Assembly: GCF_035084215.1 (NCBI RefSeq)
Contig: NC_090338.1
Span: forward strand, 21,514,001-21,578,000
Length of the DNA: 64,000 nt
DNA from: Heptranchias perlo
Lineage: Eukaryota
Direction: 5' to 3'
Both the position numbers and the translations under genes were made by a program. Below the pieces are notes generated by a model. That model worked only from the letters and a program-made list of their open reading frames with translations, ran no database searches and was not told the DNA's origin. How positions within the stretch are numbered: position 1 is the stretch's first letter; each line of letters begins with the position of its first letter. Of this stretch, positions 62,528-64,000 are shown piece by piece.

Positions 62528-63503
62528 TAGAATCATAGAATGATACAGCACAAAAGGAGGACATTTGGCCCATTGTGCCTGTTGAAAGAGCTGTACAATT
62601 AGTCCCATTCCCTTGTTCTGTCCCCAGGGGAATGGGACTAATTGTACAGCTTGAAAATTTTTTCCCTTCAAGTATTTATCCAATTCCCTTTTCAAAGTTA
62701 TTATTGAATCGGCTTCCACCACTCTTTCAGGCAGTGCATTCCAGACCATTACAACTTGCTGCTTAAAAAAAATGTTTTTTCATGTTACTTCTGGCTCTTT
62801 TGCCGACCACCTTAAATCTGTGTCCTCTGGTTACTGACCTGTCTGCCACTGGATCAGTATCTCCTTGTTTACTCTATCAAAACCGTTCACGATCTTGAAC
62901 ACGTCTATTAAATTTCCCCTTAATCTTCCTTGTTCTCAGGAAAACAACCCCAACTTCTCCCGTCTCTCCACATAACTGAAATCCCTCATTCCTGGCACCA
63001 TTCTAGTAAATCTCTTCTGCACCTTCTCTAAGGCCTTGACATCCTTCCTAAAGTGTGGTGCCCAGAATTGAACACAATACTCCAGCTGAGGCCTAACCAG
63101 TGTTTTATAGAGATTTGGCATAATTTCCTTGCTTTTGTACTCTTTGCCTCTATTAATAAAGCCCAGGATCCCGTATGCTTTTTTAACAGCCTTCTCAATT
63201 TGTCCTGGCACCTTCAAAGATTTTTGTATGTGCACCCTCAGGTCTCTCTGTTCCTGCACCCCCTTTAGAATTGTACCATTTAGTTTGTATTGCCTCTCCT
63301 CAGTCTTCCTACCAAAATATATCACTTCACAATTCTCTGCATTAAATTTGATCTGCCATGTGTCTGCTCATTTCACCAGTCCGTCTATGTCCTCCTGAAG
63401 TCTGTTACTATCCTTCACATTGTTTACTACATTTCTTAGTTTTGTGTCATCTGCAAACTTTGAAATTATGTCCTCTATACCCAAGTCCAGGTCATTAATA
63501 TAT
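62528..63503 (-). mobile_element. CR1 family A 3' portion, interrupted by Penelope at 63504
   Basis: ORF 62936-63325 (LYKTLVRPQLEYCVQFWAPH); KFADDTKL at about 63435-63460; tail tagaatcatagaat. Confidence 0.92.
62589..62651. repeat. Perfect 24-bp inverted repeat with a 15-nt loop
   Basis: agctgtacaattagtcccattccc / gggaatgggactaattgtacagct. Confidence 0.9.
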
Positions 63504-63592
63504 ATGATGTGGAGATGCCGGTGATGGACTGGGGTTGACAATTGTAAACAATTTTACAACACCAAGTTATAGTCCAGCAATTTTATTTTAAA

Positions 63593-63631
63593 TTCACAAG
63601 CTTTCGGAGGCTACCTCCTTCCTCAGGTGAA
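63593..63631 (-). ncRNA. Minimal type I hammerhead ribozyme
   Basis: The minus strand reads UUCAC-CUGAGGA-A-GGAGG-UAG-CCUCC-GAAAG-CUU-GUGAA. It differs from 20569-20607 only in the helix II loop. Confidence 0.85.
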
Positions 63632-63770
63632 CGATGTGGAAATGAAGTCCTCGAAATGAAGTCGCATTTATAATTCACAGAACAATGCTGGTGATAACAG
63701 ACAGTTTTTTCAACTGCCCGTTGCCAAGGCAATCAGTGTGCAGACAGACAGGTGTTACCTGCCAGGTCTC

Positions 63771-64000
63771 AGGAAGCTTGAGAAACTCGGCATCACCACC
63801 AGCATCGACCAAGCTTCCCCTGGTACCACGGTTGCAACCACAGGGAAGTCTATCGTCAATTTGTCCGACCACACCCTTCAACCAGACGAAATCGAAGTTC
63901 TCAGCCGAGGGCTCAATTTCTGCCCCACTACCAAAATGGACCCCACGAGTCTCGCGGCGGACACAGAGGAATTCATCAGGAGAATGAGGCTCCGGGAATT
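63771..64000 (+). CDS. Penelope-like element polyprotein, N-terminal region (5'-truncated, open to the window end; not in the ORF track)
   Basis: Hand translation: RKLEKLGITTSIDQASPGTTVATTGKSIVNLSDHTLQPDEIEVLSRGLNFCPTTKMDPTSLAADTEEFIRRMRLRE. The VNLS..E..VL.RGLNFCP motif precedes the RT in PLEs. Confidence 0.8.

Larger units (their letters stand above)
63504..64000 (+). mobile_element. Penelope-like retroelement with an inverted 5' pseudo-LTR; continues beyond the window
   Basis: 63504-63770 is the 3' terminal repeat in inverted orientation (its first ~118 bp match 20450-20567), followed by a PLE ORF on the + strand. Confidence 0.88.

Noticed and set aside
63685-63987. Track ORF of 100 aa
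   Set aside because: Wrong frame. The recognisable Penelope protein is in the frame starting at 63771.

Overview
This is eukaryotic, repeat-dominated DNA with no recognisable host protein-coding exon, rRNA, tRNA or CRISPR array, so it is probably intronic or intergenic. The repeat mix suggests a cartilaginous fish such as a shark (inference): two CR1 LINE families, L2 3' ends, Deu-domain SINEs, Penelope-like elements and PIF/Harbinger transposons. Nearly all long ORFs in the track are broken LINE ORF2/ORF1 pieces or their antisense shadows. Highlights: (1) intact minimal type I hammerhead ribozyme motifs in Penelope termini (20569-20607 +, 63593-63631 -; degenerate at 2081-2119 -); (2) three tiny fold-back Penelope insertions with 11-12 bp target duplications, two of which fold back inside the ribozyme core; (3) a 5'-inverted Penelope whose ORF runs off the window end; (4) two ~2 kb non-autonomous Harbinger elements with convergent Myb/SANT and transposase remnants and promoter-type motifs at both ends; (5) several nested insertions and locally templated duplications, including a CR1 copy that carries the 3' flank of another CR1 copy 10 kb away. 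Boundaries of old repeats are approximate and family names come from motif recognition, not database searches.
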